This document shows positions 39,597 through 49,934 of a DNA stretch of 64,000 nucleotides, one piece after another. The notes under the pieces were generated by a model that did no database searches, was not told the origin of the DNA, and saw nothing but the letters and a program-made list of their open reading frames with translations. This stretch comes from Candidatus Bathyarchaeota archaeon (GTDB lineage: Archaea > Thermoproteota > Bathyarchaeia > Bathyarchaeales > Bathycorpusculaceae), in assembly GCA_963707955.1 (NCBI GenBank), contig OY970176.1, positions 1,472,001 to 1,536,000 of the forward strand. Reading direction: 5' to 3'. Both the position numbers and the translations under genes were made by a program. Within the stretch, counting starts at the first letter, position 1, and every line of letters begins with the position of its first letter.

Positions 39597-40745
39597 TCAC
39601 TTTTTCGCAAGCTTCTGTAGTTCCTGAAGGATCTTCTCCTTGACTCCAGTTTTCTTCAACCTTTCTTTCAGCGATATTATCGTTCTAACAGGCGTCGGGT
39701 CTATGCCGCGTAGCACAGCAAGGTACACGCTTGTGAAGTCTCCGACGCATATGACAGACGACATTCTGGCCAGGTTGCTCTTGCCGCTGCTCCACACTTC
39801 GAACAGTTTAACTGCTTCCTTGCCGATTATTTCCTTGGTGACTTCAATTCTCTGCCTTATCTCCTTCGGCTCCTCAGCGTCGCGGATGAAGATTATGGAA
39901 AAGAGCTTTGCGAATTCCCTCGCTGCCTCCCAGCCTACGATCTCGTTGTGGTTGAGTTCTGGAAAAGATTCCCACTTCGCCGGGTTCTTGCTGTTTTCAT
40001 TGAACTGTGTCTTGAGGCGTTGGGCAACAGCTCGGTAGAATCCAAAACCGTAAACTGTCGGAACCGTTCCGTTGACGTTTGACGCCAGCCTCTTAGACAA
40101 GTTGCCGCTCAACGGTCTTTCAGGAGAATTCTCTGAGCTGATCCGATTCAGCACTCTCACAGTCTCAGAGAACTCAGCGTTCACGCTTGGTGCTAGCCCC
40201 ATTTTCTCCAAGATCCCGAGTAAAGGCATAAACAGGTACGGTAGAGTTGCGCGTGGAGCCATTCCGCTGGGTACAAGCAGATGAGGGATGCTGAGTCTTT
40301 CGGCGAACTCTATCAGTACTCCACCTGAGCTTATGCAGATTATCATGCATTTCCTCTTCAAAGCTTCCAGAAACACGCTTAAGGTCTCTTCAGTTTCTCC
40401 TGAGTAGCTCGTGGCAAACACCAGCGTGTTCTTGTTCGCATAAGCAGGCAAATGATACTCTCTGCACACGTCAACCGGTACGGCCAATCTGTCTCGAGCC
40501 CAGTCTTTCAGAAGCTCTCCGCCGATGGCTGATCCGCCCATGCCGGCCACGATTATTGCTTCAGGTTTCGGATAGCCGATTTTGAATTGACTAACTAGTC
40601 TAGCAGCGTTTCCATAGTGCTTGGGCGCTTCAACGCAGAAAGAGAGCATGTTACTCTTGTCAATTTGCTTAATTTCATCCACACTATCCAAAACCGTTAG
40701 CTTTGGCAACTGCTCACTACCGCTCTGATACGCCGTCAAGACCAT
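39597..40745 (-). CDS. bifunctional phosphoglucose/phosphomannose isomerase
   Basis: GMGGSAIGG, SYSGETEE, PRA, NENSK, PELNHNE. Confidence 0.9.
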   Translation of the reverse strand: MVLTAYQSGSEQLPKLTVLDSVDEIKQIDKSNMLSFCVEAPKHYGNAARLVSQFKIGYPKPEAIIVAGMGGSAIGGELLKDWARDRLAVPVDVCREYHLPAYANKNTLVFATSYSGETEETLSVFLEALKRKCMIICISSGGVLIEFAERLSIPHLLVPSGMAPRATLPYLFMPLLGILEKMGLAPSVNAEFSETVRVLNRISSENSPERPLSGNLSKRLASNVNGTVPTVYGFGFYRAVAQRLKTQFNENSKNPAKWESFPELNHNEIVGWEAAREFAKLFSIIFIRDAEEPKEIRQRIEVTKEIIGKEAVKLFEVWSSGKSNLARMSSVICVGDFTSVYLAVLRGIDPTPVRTIISLKERLKKTGVKEKILQELQKLAKK

Positions 40746-40823
40746 ATCACACGTTCAGCTTTTAAACCAAATGCACAATAACACCCTTTCAATGCGCATG
40801 GCCAGTGGAGAGCTTGGCTGAAC

Positions 40824-41678
40824 ATGAAAAAGCTGTCTATAGCTATCCCCGCTTCGGTTGTCTCGGACACTCCGCATCTGCGTGAGAAGACGTCCAAGAT
40901 AGGTCTCATTGGAAGAGCAGCCGCCATTTTCAGAGTGAATGAAATCATAATCTATCCCGATTGTCTGGGAGTCGATCAGAGGAACGACGTGGACTTGGTT
41001 GCGACTTTGCTCGCTTACATGGAGACGCCGCAGTATCTTCGGAAAACGTTGTTCAAGCTTAAGCCAATTCTCCAGTATGCGGGAATACTCCCGCCGTTGC
41101 GCACCTTGCATCATCCACTTAACCGCAGAAGCAAGAATCTGAAGGTCGGCGAATACCGGGAAGGAGCAGCCCTGTCCAAAACAAGAGAAGGCACCCTCGT
41201 AGACATCGGTGTTGAGTCGCCTGTGCTGGTGATGACCTCGCAGCTGGCTGCTGGTAGACGCGTCACGGTGAGAATTGTGAAGACTGGCAAACCTTTGAAG
41301 GCTGAACTGGTGAATCGTGATGAGGTGCCAACTTATTGGGGGTACTCGGTCACCGTGGAAAAACATTTCTTTGGGGAAATTGTCAAGAGCCGAAGCTTCG
41401 ACTTGACGATAGCCACGTCGAAGTACGGTTTGCCGTTTGCTCAGGTTGCAGCGCAGATCGTTGAAGAATGGGTCCGAGCGAGCAGCGTTCTCTTGGCTTT
41501 CGGTGCTCCAGCTGTGGGGTTGAATGAGATAGTTGCACGTCAAGGGCTTCGTTTAAAAGACATCGTCGATTTTGTGGTTAACGCTATTCCATCGCAGGGA
41601 ACTGAAACCGTAAGGACCGAGGAAGCACTCATTGCTTCTTTGGCAGTTTTCAACATTGCTTTAGCAGCTAGGATGTGA
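40824..41678 (+). CDS. SPOUT-family RNA methyltransferase (DUF171 type)
   Basis: YMETPQYLRK, LPPLRT, QGTETVRTEEA. Confidence 0.88.
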   Translation: MKKLSIAIPASVVSDTPHLREKTSKIGLIGRAAAIFRVNEIIIYPDCLGVDQRNDVDLVATLLAYMETPQYLRKTLFKLKPILQYAGILPPLRTLHHPLNRRSKNLKVGEYREGAALSKTREGTLVDIGVESPVLVMTSQLAAGRRVTVRIVKTGKPLKAELVNRDEVPTYWGYSVTVEKHFFGEIVKSRSFDLTIATSKYGLPFAQVAAQIVEEWVRASSVLLAFGAPAVGLNEIVARQGLRLKDIVDFVVNAIPSQGTETVRTEEALIASLAVFNIALAARM

Positions 41679-41765
41679 CTTCAAAACAGCTCCAAACTGA
41701 CTGCGGCAGAAAAGCGGGTTGCTGGGACAAAGGGATAAATGTTCGTTCTCCTAATGTTGGGTGCA

Positions 41766-42622
41766 TGTATTTCGACATCGCAATGCCTTTGACACTCTTC
41801 GCGGTTACCCTTGTGTCATTGTTTATGAATCCGAAGACTGAGGGCAAACTGAAAGAGAATCTGCAGGAGAGACCGATGGGTGTTAGAGACGCAGCTTTGC
41901 TGGTCGGTTTGATGACCGTTATGATTTTCCTGATCGTCTTCGTCAGAGACATCAATTATGTCTTGATGGCGTTGTATCTGTTCGCTTATTCAATGCTTCT
42001 TTTCACTTTTACGTACCTCTTTTCAAAGAGTCATTGGTACTTGGGCATTTTGCCTCCGGCCGGCTTCATTCTCTTATACGTTGTTTTTGGCGTTCTTCTA
42101 GACGATCCATTGTGGACCTATTATTTAGCTAACATTTTTGGCTTGATCTTTGCGGTGCTCATAACGCTTTATTTGGCGGGTCTGTTCACATGGAGAACCA
42201 CGGCAATTTTTGGCGTTCTACTAACCGGCATGGACGTGATTCTGGTCTTGGTCACGCGAACTATGGTCGAAGCTGCCAAGGTTGCTCTAAGTCTTAAACT
42301 TCCTATTTTGGTTTCGCTTCCGTTGATTCCACCGGCGTCAGCGTTGGGGTCGACGATAAGCTTGGGTTTGGGCGACTTCTTCTTCGCCGGTCTGTTGGGC
42401 ATACAGACGTTGAAGAAATACGGTAAACGATTCGCAATCGTGTGTGCCGGGGCTATGACCACTTCTTTCTTTATTTTCGAAGTAGCCTTGCTGAACTATT
42501 GGCGAATCCCGTTTGCTGGCACGTTGATGATAATTTGCGGATGGGCGCCTCTGGTGATTTGGAAACAGTTGAGTGTGAGAAAATATCGTGTGTTAGAGCA
42601 AGTAACTCCCGTTTTGAAGTAA
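41766..42622 (+). CDS. presenilin/SPP-like intramembrane aspartyl protease
   Basis: About nine TM helices; first Asp in LTGMDVILV, second in LGLGDFFF; start uncertain. Confidence 0.75.
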
Positions 42623-42682
42623 GAAACCAGTGTTTAGATCTGCGGTTTCAGACAACAATGTTGGAAAGTTAGGAGGATGTGC

Positions 42683-43006
42683 TTAACCGAAGAGGGCGCC
42701 TAGGCCTTCGAGCGCTGCTTCTTCTTTCTGTTTTTCTTCGTCTTTCTTCTTCTTCTCGTCTTCCTTCGGCTTCACTTCTGCTGCTGGCGCAGCTGCGGCT
42801 GCCGTTGCTGCGACTGGTGCTGCCATCATCGTTGGAGCAGATTTGATCGCTTCATCTATCTTCACTTCAGCCAGAGAAGCCACTAAGGCTTTGACGCGAA
42901 CTGTGTCGGCGTTTATTCCCGCGGCTGTTAAAACCTGTGTCAGGTTTGCCTCGTTTATCTCCTTTCCTGCCTTGTGGAGAAGCATTGCAGCGTAGATATA
43001 TTCCAT
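42683..43006 (-). CDS. rpl12: 50S ribosomal protein L12 (P1)
   Basis: [11 protein letters not shown]...EGLGALFG. Confidence 0.97.
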   Translation of the reverse strand: MEYIYAAMLLHKAGKEINEANLTQVLTAAGINADTVRVKALVASLAEVKIDEAIKSAPTMMAAPVAATAAAAAPAAEVKPKEDEKKKKDEEKQKEEAALEGLGALFG

Positions 43007-43595
43007 ACCCTTTCACCTCTCACATCGACTATTTTAAGTTTTTTCAGTTGGCTCGGCCCTTTCCTTAACGTCGTGATCCTAATACTTTGTTCAATCCTAT
43101 TAGTTAGGCTACTGTGCCTTACTGCTACGCACTGCCTAGCTTGAGCAGTCTTTCTTCACATACAAAACCCCGTAATTTAAACTTTCTGTGCATAGAAAAC
43201 TGTGGAAGCTGGTATTTCGAGGGAAAGCTTCAGTGGATGATGGCGCATTTTCTGTTTTCGAAGTCACAAACACTGATGACTCGAAAGAGAATAATATTTT
43301 TGGTAATTTCTGTTCTAAGGTGATTGGCCTAAAAGTCTTCTTCTCGTTCCATCGTGCTGTATGCTTTGTCTTCTTCTATGATCTTCTCTGTATCAGTCTG
43401 CGTTTCTTTTCTTTGCTTCTTTCTCTTCTTATCCATCTTTCTTCCAGCATGCTTCCGATCCAGACTGCAGTGATCGTTGTTGATAATTGCCAACAAAATA
43501 AAGATTGTCATTCTGGATAGATCTATGACCGCAAATCAATGTTGAAGCGCGCGCTGGAGAATCGTCGATTGAAAAGCGCATGATGTAGGTCCTGA

Positions 43596-44447
43596 CTAGT
43601 GAGTTACCTTACTGTTTAGGCTTAGCATTTGAGCGTTTGCCTTTCTGAGCAGATCTTCTATTGTTTCTTTCGTCGGTATTGCCGCGCCGACTGAGAGAGC
43701 GTAGGTTTCTCTGTGAGCGAGTTGTACCAGTGCGACCATGTTTTCCTTGGTGGGATAGCTGATGCTCAGCGACAGGGCAAAGGATTCGGCGTAGGCACTT
43801 TCGACCTCGTGTTTGGTTCCGTCTATATCAAGCTTGAGCTGTTCCTGTGTCACTATTAGGCCGTTGTCGAACGCTACGGTTAGCGCGAGTCCTGCTTCAA
43901 CGGGTTTTATTCCGAGCTTTGACAGTATGCTGGCTAGTCTTTCGTTGATTTGTTCTCCCTTTCTGGCTACCAGCGTGTCCTTGTTTATCCAGACGCTTCC
44001 CGACTCGATTCGTGTTGGCAGGCCTGCTGCGTTTAGTTGGCTGATTATGGGGCCTGGAGGTTGTCCAGTGTTTCCCGCTGGGACTACAACGTCGAAGGCT
44101 GCTACGTCGCCTGACTTGGCGGTCGTCTTGACTTTTCCTCTTGCAAGGATCAGTGACAGCTTGAACGGGTTCAGGTTCGTGAACATGAAAACGTTTGACC
44201 CTTTCACGTGTTCTTCGAGTTTCTTCAGGTCGGGTCTTTCCTTGCAGTTCTCGATGGCCAGCTTAATCAGAGTGTTCTTCAAAACTCGCATGTACACCTT
44301 GTCCGCCAGGTTTCTCTTGAACTCCTGCAGTTGAGCAGCTCTGACTTTCTGTAGGCTGGCGATTCCGATGATACTGTAACCTTTGATGAGGTTGGTTATC
44401 TCTTCGACTTCCTTGGTCTTCTGTTGCAGAGCTTGTTTGGACGGCAT
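43596..44447 (-). CDS. rpl10: 50S ribosomal protein L10 (P0)
   Basis: KNTL, NPFKL, PAGNTGQPPGP, LGIKP. Confidence 0.95.
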   Translation of the reverse strand: MPSKQALQQKTKEVEEITNLIKGYSIIGIASLQKVRAAQLQEFKRNLADKVYMRVLKNTLIKLAIENCKERPDLKKLEEHVKGSNVFMFTNLNPFKLSLILARGKVKTTAKSGDVAAFDVVVPAGNTGQPPGPIISQLNAAGLPTRIESGSVWINKDTLVARKGEQINERLASILSKLGIKPVEAGLALTVAFDNGLIVTQEQLKLDIDGTKHEVESAYAESFALSLSISYPTKENMVALVQLAHRETYALSVGAAIPTKETIEDLLRKANAQMLSLNSKVTH

Positions 44448-44458
44448 CGGTTTTCCTT

Positions 44459-45109
44459 CTATGGTTTGATCTTCACGGGCGCGCCCATGGCTGTTTTTAT
44501 GTAGACAGACTTGATGTTTTTCATTCCTTTCTTGAGTTTTCCCTCTAACACCCTTAGAACCGCTTGGATGTTCTCGGATATTTCCTCTTCCTTCATGTTT
44601 TCCATTCCGACGCGGTTTTGCAGGATGGGTTGGTTGCGCATTCTAACAATGATGGTCTTGCGGTGTTTAGCCAACAGGCTTACAATGTCTGCTGACGGCG
44701 GGACGGGTATGGGCATCTTGCCCCTCGGACCTAGAACGGAGCCTAATGTTCTGCCTACCAGTGGCATCAGCGGCGCTTCGGCGATGAAAAAGTCGTACGT
44801 GTTGGCTATCTTTCGCATCTCTTGTTTTTTTCCGGCCATGGCTTCAAGGTCGCTCTTTTCGACGACGCGGTCTGCGTTTGCATTTCTCGCCTTCATCGCT
44901 AGTTCGCCGGAGGCGATGACGCAGATCGCGTTGGGTTTTTCGAGTGCGTACGGGAGTTCCACAACCTCTTGGATCTTGCTTTCAGGTGCTTTCATATCGA
45001 TGTCTTGCAGCTTCAGGATGAGCTCTACTGATTGGTTGAATTTTCTCTTCTGAGACTTTTCTTTTGCCTCTTTTACTGCAGCGAGGATCGTTTTTTGGTC
45101 TAAAGGCAT
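44459..45109 (-). CDS. rpl1: 50S ribosomal protein L1
   Basis: RKFNQSVEL, LGPRGKMP, KTAMG. Confidence 0.96.
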   Translation of the reverse strand: MPLDQKTILAAVKEAKEKSQKRKFNQSVELILKLQDIDMKAPESKIQEVVELPYALEKPNAICVIASGELAMKARNANADRVVEKSDLEAMAGKKQEMRKIANTYDFFIAEAPLMPLVGRTLGSVLGPRGKMPIPVPPSADIVSLLAKHRKTIIVRMRNQPILQNRVGMENMKEEEISENIQAVLRVLEGKLKKGMKNIKSVYIKTAMGAPVKIKP

Positions 45110-45161
45110 CTGGAGGCCTCGTGCCATTGAGGGAATGATACGCGGTTATAAAAGTATTCTC

Positions 45162-45656
45162 TTATGCTTGGCTCTTGCTCAGCATTTCGTCGTACTTGCC
45201 TTCGTCGAGGTCTCGTTGGACTTCGCGCGGGTCCTTGCCCTCAGCCGTCACTCCCATGCTGACGCAGACTCCCAGGATCTCCTTGGTTGCTCCTTTCAGG
45301 GTTTTTGACAGCAGTTCTGGACGCTTCATCTTGGCTATTCGAATCACTTGGTCTATGGTGAGGTTTCCAACCTTCAGCGTGCTGGGTGTGCCTGAGCCTT
45401 TCTCGACCTTGAGTTCGCTGACGATCAAGGCGGACGCCGTGGGTGTTCCAACGGTTACTTCAAACTGTTTGGTGTCAGGGTCAACGATGACTTTGACTGG
45501 AACCTTCATTCCAGAATAGTCTTTTGTAAGCTCATTTATCCTGTTCACGATTACCATGACGTTTACGCCCAGCGGTCCGAGCGCTGGTCCCAGCGGGGGT
45601 CCTGCGTTTGCCTGTCCTCCGTTTACGAGCAGCTCTGTGACTTTCTTGTCGGCCAT
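45162..45656 (-). CDS. rpl11: 50S ribosomal protein L11
   Basis: GPPLGPALGPLG, GMKVPV, SMGV. Confidence 0.97.
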   Translation of the reverse strand: MADKKVTELLVNGGQANAGPPLGPALGPLGVNVMVIVNRINELTKDYSGMKVPVKVIVDPDTKQFEVTVGTPTASALIVSELKVEKGSGTPSTLKVGNLTIDQVIRIAKMKRPELLSKTLKGATKEILGVCVSMGVTAEGKDPREVQRDLDEGKYDEMLSKSQA

Positions 45657-46144
45657 TATGTTTCACTACGAGTAGCGGTCTTTGCTCTCTCCACCAGTTT
45701 AACGTACTCCGAGCTCACTGTTATGGGCAGGGTGAAGGTTGCTTCTAGCAGCTCAAGCGTGACTTCTTCCTTCGTCTTGTCAATCCTGGTTATCTTTGCG
45801 CGCATGCCCTTGAAGGGTCCACCTGTTACTTCCACTATGTCGCTTTCGCTCAACTCTTCTATGATTGGTTTCTTGACTATGTATCTCTCAACTTCAGCAA
45901 AACTGATGATGCCTGGAATCCTTGAGCGCACGTGTTTTATGCCTCCTATGGCTTCCTCGACGAAGTGCGGGCCCTCAGCCTCTAAGAAGACGTATCCCTT
46001 CAGTGTTTCGGGCGCGAGAATGGCCTTTATCGGTATCTTGTTCATGGCAACCTTGGCTGCGATGAGTCTGGCAACGTTTCTCTCCTGACCCGTGGTTGTT
46101 TTCACTGCAAAGATCTTTGTGGTGTACTCCTCGGGTTTTTCCAT
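45656..46144 (-). CDS. spt5: transcription elongation factor Spt5
   Basis: AVKTTTGQE NGN domain; GPFKG KOW motif; start at MEKPEE. Confidence 0.93.
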   Translation of the reverse strand: MEKPEEYTTKIFAVKTTTGQERNVARLIAAKVAMNKIPIKAILAPETLKGYVFLEAEGPHFVEEAIGGIKHVRSRIPGIISFAEVERYIVKKPIIEELSESDIVEVTGGPFKGMRAKITRIDKTKEEVTLELLEATFTLPITVSSEYVKLVERAKTATRSET

Positions 46145-46158
46145 CGAGTTTCTTCCTT

Positions 46159-46338
46159 CTACGTGCCGCTTCCTGGCTGCAGAACAGAGGACAACAGTTT
46201 GATGACAAAGCCGATTACTCCTATCGCTACTATGCCCAAGAAGCATATTTTTATGGATAGCCAAAGCTCGCTTCTTCCAGGTTTAATAGCCAGCTTCAGC
46301 GTTCTTCCGCATTGACTCAGGAAATCTCTTAAGCCCAT
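46159..46338 (-). CDS. secE: protein translocase SecE/Sec61-gamma (absent from the ORF track)
   Basis: Manual translation MGLRDFLSQCGRTLKLAIKPGRSELWLSIKICFLGIVAIGVIGFVIKLL...; conserved position before spt5. Confidence 0.88.
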   Translation of the reverse strand: MGLRDFLSQCGRTLKLAIKPGRSELWLSIKICFLGIVAIGVIGFVIKLLSSVLQPGSGT

Positions 46339-46461
46339 GATTCATCGCACTCTCAGTATTTCAATTTGATATAAGGGTTACTGTAGGCTCTGGTAGATAA
46401 AGACACACATTTCTATTAACCTTTGCCTTCGGCTGACCCTTGCTTAAGAACGTGTTCAGTG

Positions 46462-47286
46462 CTAGGACTTCACGAACGGCGTGCCCGTTTCGTTCAGCAT
46501 CTTGACCAATGGCGGTTTGTCTTCTCCTCTTATTCCCTTCCAGTCGAGAATAACAGTTTCGACCTTTTCCATAGTTCTTTCGACACATTGTCTAAGGATG
46601 TTCGAATCGACCTTTGAAACCGCATACTTTGGAATAATGTGTCCAAAAGCAAATTCTTTCTCCAACGCCATTCGAGTGAACCTGCTATTGTAGTGTGGTC
46701 CGCCTATGCCCACGACTGCTTTGACTGAATGTTGGCCGAATCTTTGAACCGTTTCCATCGTTGCATGTGCGACAGCTTCAGCGGCTCTCATGTCACTCCA
46801 CTGTTTAGGTGAGCTGCCTAGCTCGGCGAACATCGTTGGAACGTCCAAGCAGGGTCCGTGATGCGTGCACTCGTAGGATACTTCATAGTCGAGCTGCATC
46901 TCTTCTTCAAGTTTCATCATTGTCTTCAAGGTTTCTCTCATCGGGTTCGCAGGGGACACAGACAATTTTCTCGGGATTCCGCCTAGCTCTGCTTCGGTTA
47001 AGTTGCCCGGCGTATGCACCGACAGTGTGGGGGTTCCGCTGACGCTGCTGTGTCTTGAGACAAAGATAATGAGTTCCAGTCTGTTGAACGCGTCTGGCAG
47101 GGTTTGTGCGCGGACCGATTCCTCGTTCAACGTTATGAGTTCCACATTCTTGTCATCAATTGTAGCCTCGTACGTTGGGTTTGCCTGAAATCTTCGAGTT
47201 GTTTCTCTGAAATCGTAATGAGTCAAGATCTGTTTTTGGATGTTTAGACTTGCGATGTCCTTGGTTGAGGCGACGACCAGAATCAT
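46462..47286 (-). CDS. dtdA: D-aminoacyl-tRNA deacylase (archaeal DTD2)
   Basis: SRHSS, HTPGN, ECTHHGP, ELGS, GGPHY. Confidence 0.92.
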   Translation of the reverse strand: MILVVASTKDIASLNIQKQILTHYDFRETTRRFQANPTYEATIDDKNVELITLNEESVRAQTLPDAFNRLELIIFVSRHSSVSGTPTLSVHTPGNLTEAELGGIPRKLSVSPANPMRETLKTMMKLEEEMQLDYEVSYECTHHGPCLDVPTMFAELGSSPKQWSDMRAAEAVAHATMETVQRFGQHSVKAVVGIGGPHYNSRFTRMALEKEFAFGHIIPKYAVSKVDSNILRQCVERTMEKVETVILDWKGIRGEDKPPLVKMLNETGTPFVKS

Positions 47287-47394
47287 GCGTTGCGCTTCCG
47301 GAAATCGATACGAGTTTCTAGAGATATGGTTTCCATAAAGCTTATAATCGTTGCAGGTGGTTCAACGCTTAAAAGTCTGGAAACGGGTGGAAAC

Positions 47395-48309
47395 GTGCAT
47401 TTGCTTAATTTCAAAGAATTGACTGGTCAACAGCTGGCAGAGATGATAGACAAGGGTATTGAGGTTAAACACGCCTCAGAAGATTATCGAAAGGCCTTGG
47501 AAGGCAAGTCGTCAGCCTTGATTTTTCAGAAAACCTCGACCAGAACTCGAGTTTCTTTCGAGGTGGCCATGACCCAGCTTGGCGGTCACGCACTCTTCAT
47601 CGATTGGAGAACGACGAACTTCGCCCTGGCGGACCTGAGTGATGAGACTCAGTATCTGAGTCGAAACGTTGACTGCATCATGGCTAGGCTGATGAGAAAC
47701 GTGGACTTGCAGACCATGGCCAAGGCTTCCCAGGTTCCGGTGATTAACGGTTGTGACGAGAAGTACCATCCAAGCCAAGCGATAGCCGACTTGATCACCG
47801 TGAAGGAAAAGAAGGGAACGTTCAAGGGCGTCAAGCTTGTTTACGTGGGAATCCACAACAACGTTTGCAATTCACTCATCGAAGGGTGCACAAAGACCGG
47901 TGTCAACATAACCACTGTAACGCCCGTGTTCAATGAGCCAAGCAGGGACGATGAGTTTCTGGAGAACGCTAGGAAGACAAGGCTTTGGGAAACCGCAACG
48001 GATGTGAAGAACGCTGTTAGAGACGCGGACTTCGTTTACACTGACACCTGGGTTGACATGGAATTTTTCACAGACCCGAAGTTTGCGGCAGAGAGAGAGA
48101 AACGCGTCAAACTGATGATGCCCTGCCAGATCAACAAGGAGTTGCTGAAGAACAGTAGCGCCTACGTGATGCATGACATGCCTATTCACAGAGGATATGA
48201 AATAACCGGGGATGTTGTTGAAAGCTCAAAATCGGTGATATACCAGCAGAGCGAGAACAGGCTGTACTCTGCGAAAACCATCCTGTTGAAACTGTTGGGG
48301 AAATACTAG
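47395..48309 (+). CDS. argF: ornithine carbamoyltransferase-like transcarbamylase
   Basis: KTSTRTR, HPSQAIAD, ENR; but HDMP replaces HCLP and DME replaces SMG. Confidence 0.75.
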   Translation: MHLLNFKELTGQQLAEMIDKGIEVKHASEDYRKALEGKSSALIFQKTSTRTRVSFEVAMTQLGGHALFIDWRTTNFALADLSDETQYLSRNVDCIMARLMRNVDLQTMAKASQVPVINGCDEKYHPSQAIADLITVKEKKGTFKGVKLVYVGIHNNVCNSLIEGCTKTGVNITTVTPVFNEPSRDDEFLENARKTRLWETATDVKNAVRDADFVYTDTWVDMEFFTDPKFAAEREKRVKLMMPCQINKELLKNSSAYVMHDMPIHRGYEITGDVVESSKSVIYQQSENRLYSAKTILLKLLGKY

Positions 48310-48345
48310 CTTTTCAATGATTCGCACGTGGCGAACCTGTCTTCT

Positions 48346-49254
48346 CTATTGTCTCAGAATCATCTGCACGAAGGTTTCCGGCTTAAACTCTTCCAAGTCG
48401 TCATATTTTTGTCCAGTTCCGATGAACAGTATTGGCTTTTGAGTGACGTACGTGACGCTTAAGGCTGAGCCGCCTTTAACGTCGGCATCCACCTTGGTCA
48501 GTATGGTGCCGTCTATTCCGACGCATTTCTGAAACTCTTCTGCCTGCGTGACGGCGTCGTTTCCGATAAGCGAATCCACGGTTAGTATTGTTAGGTCTGG
48601 CTTCACGACGCGCTTGATCTTTGCAAGTTCATTCATCAGGTTCTGATTTGTCTGCATTCTTCCCGCCGTGTCGATTAGGACGACGTTTATCCCGTAGGCC
48701 TTGGCGTGGTTAATCGTGTCGTAGGCCACGGCTGCGGGGTCCGCGCCGTACGCGTGTTTTATCATCCTTACGCCGAGCCTCTTTGCGTGTTCTTCTAGCT
48801 GTTCGATCGAGCCAGCTCGGTACGTGTCGCTGCAGGCTATGACGGCTGAATACTTGTTTTTGTTGAGGAAGCGGCAGACTTTGGCGATGGTTGTGGTTTT
48901 TCCAGTGCCGTTTATCCCGACGAAAACTATGACGAATGGTTCTGCTTTCTTGCGTTTATCCTCGATTGCCTTCAACAAGTCGATCTTGTTGTTTGTCTGC
49001 ATGGTCTCCAGGAGCACCTCTCGAAGGTTTTTCTCCACGATCTTCTTTCGGTCTTCTATCCTTTTGACTTGAACGTTGTTCAGTCGTTGCTCCATCTCAC
49101 TGCATATTCGTTCGGCCACGGGAAAAGCCACGTCGTTCTCCACGAGGTTCATTTTGAAATCAGCAAGTATCGGGCGCACGTTTTCGGGTTTCAGCTCAGT
49201 TGTGGTTACTTTGGTTACAAGTCCCTTCAGCCCGGACTTGAGTTTTTCAAACAT
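48346..49254 (-). CDS. ftsY: SRP receptor FtsY
   Basis: GINGTGKTT, DTAGR, TKVDADVKGG. Confidence 0.95.
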   Translation of the reverse strand: MFEKLKSGLKGLVTKVTTTELKPENVRPILADFKMNLVENDVAFPVAERICSEMEQRLNNVQVKRIEDRKKIVEKNLREVLLETMQTNNKIDLLKAIEDKRKKAEPFVIVFVGINGTGKTTTIAKVCRFLNKNKYSAVIACSDTYRAGSIEQLEEHAKRLGVRMIKHAYGADPAAVAYDTINHAKAYGINVVLIDTAGRMQTNQNLMNELAKIKRVVKPDLTILTVDSLIGNDAVTQAEEFQKCVGIDGTILTKVDADVKGGSALSVTYVTQKPILFIGTGQKYDDLEEFKPETFVQMILRQ

Positions 49255-49255
49255 T

Positions 49256-49714
49256 TTACTGAGGTTTCCCTTCTCTCATCGTTGCAACCAGTGCATCGGC
49301 TTTTTCTCTGTCCAGGTTGATCTTTTCTGCGACTTGAGCGAACTGCTGCTGTATTGAGGCTCTGGTTTTTTCCAGGTCTTCTAGACGCTTCTTGATGATT
49401 TCTTTTGTTTCTTCCCTTGTTTTTTCAACCGAGACTCCTGCGCCCATCCCCACGATTATCTTGTCCGGGTTTTCGAGTCTTGCCCTGACGTAGGACGTGC
49501 CGCCTATCGGCACGAGAAGCTCTGATTTTTCACTCTCTTTTTCGAGTCCTTCAAGCGTCATACGGGCGTAGGACAGGTCGGTCGTGACGGCGTTTATCAT
49601 GTTTGCTCTTGACTGCAATGCTTCGGCCGTCTGTTCAAGAAGTCGTATTTCCACGGTGAGTCTTCGAAGCTCTTCTTCACTATTGCTGGCCAACTTCTTC
49701 TTCTCCCGTGACAA
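49256..49714 (-). CDS. pfdA: prefoldin alpha subunit
   Basis: LLVPIGG, IVGMGAGVSVEK between coiled coils. Confidence 0.92.
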   Translation of the reverse strand: MSREKKKLASNSEEELRRLTVEIRLLEQTAEALQSRANMINAVTTDLSYARMTLEGLEKESEKSELLVPIGGTSYVRARLENPDKIIVGMGAGVSVEKTREETKEIIKKRLEDLEKTRASIQQQFAQVAEKINLDREKADALVATMREGKPQ

Positions 49715-49934
49715 ACTTCTTCAACAGTGGGTTCTCAATGTTCTCAGGCGAAACCTCTTCGACGCTTGTTATCTTTATGTGAAAACGCTTCACTCGGTGT
49801 TTGCTGCCCAACTCTGCGTAGACTTTTTCCTTGGCGTGCTCGGGCTTCTCAGCTAATATTTCTTTTCTGAACGAGCTCTTCAGGTTGGGCTTCAGAATTT
49901 CACCGGTGACTCTGTAGACTTTCAACCTGATCAT
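49680..49934 (-). CDS. rpl18a: 50S ribosomal protein L18a/LX
   Basis: EKVYAELGSKHRVKR. Confidence 0.9.
   Translation of the reverse strand: MIRLKVYRVTGEILKPNLKSSFRKEILAEKPEHAKEKVYAELGSKHRVKRFHIKITSVEEVSPENIENPLLKKFVTGEEEVGQQ

Noticed and set aside
40755-41543. 262-aa minus-strand ORF
   Set aside because: Antisense to the well-supported SPOUT methyltransferase.
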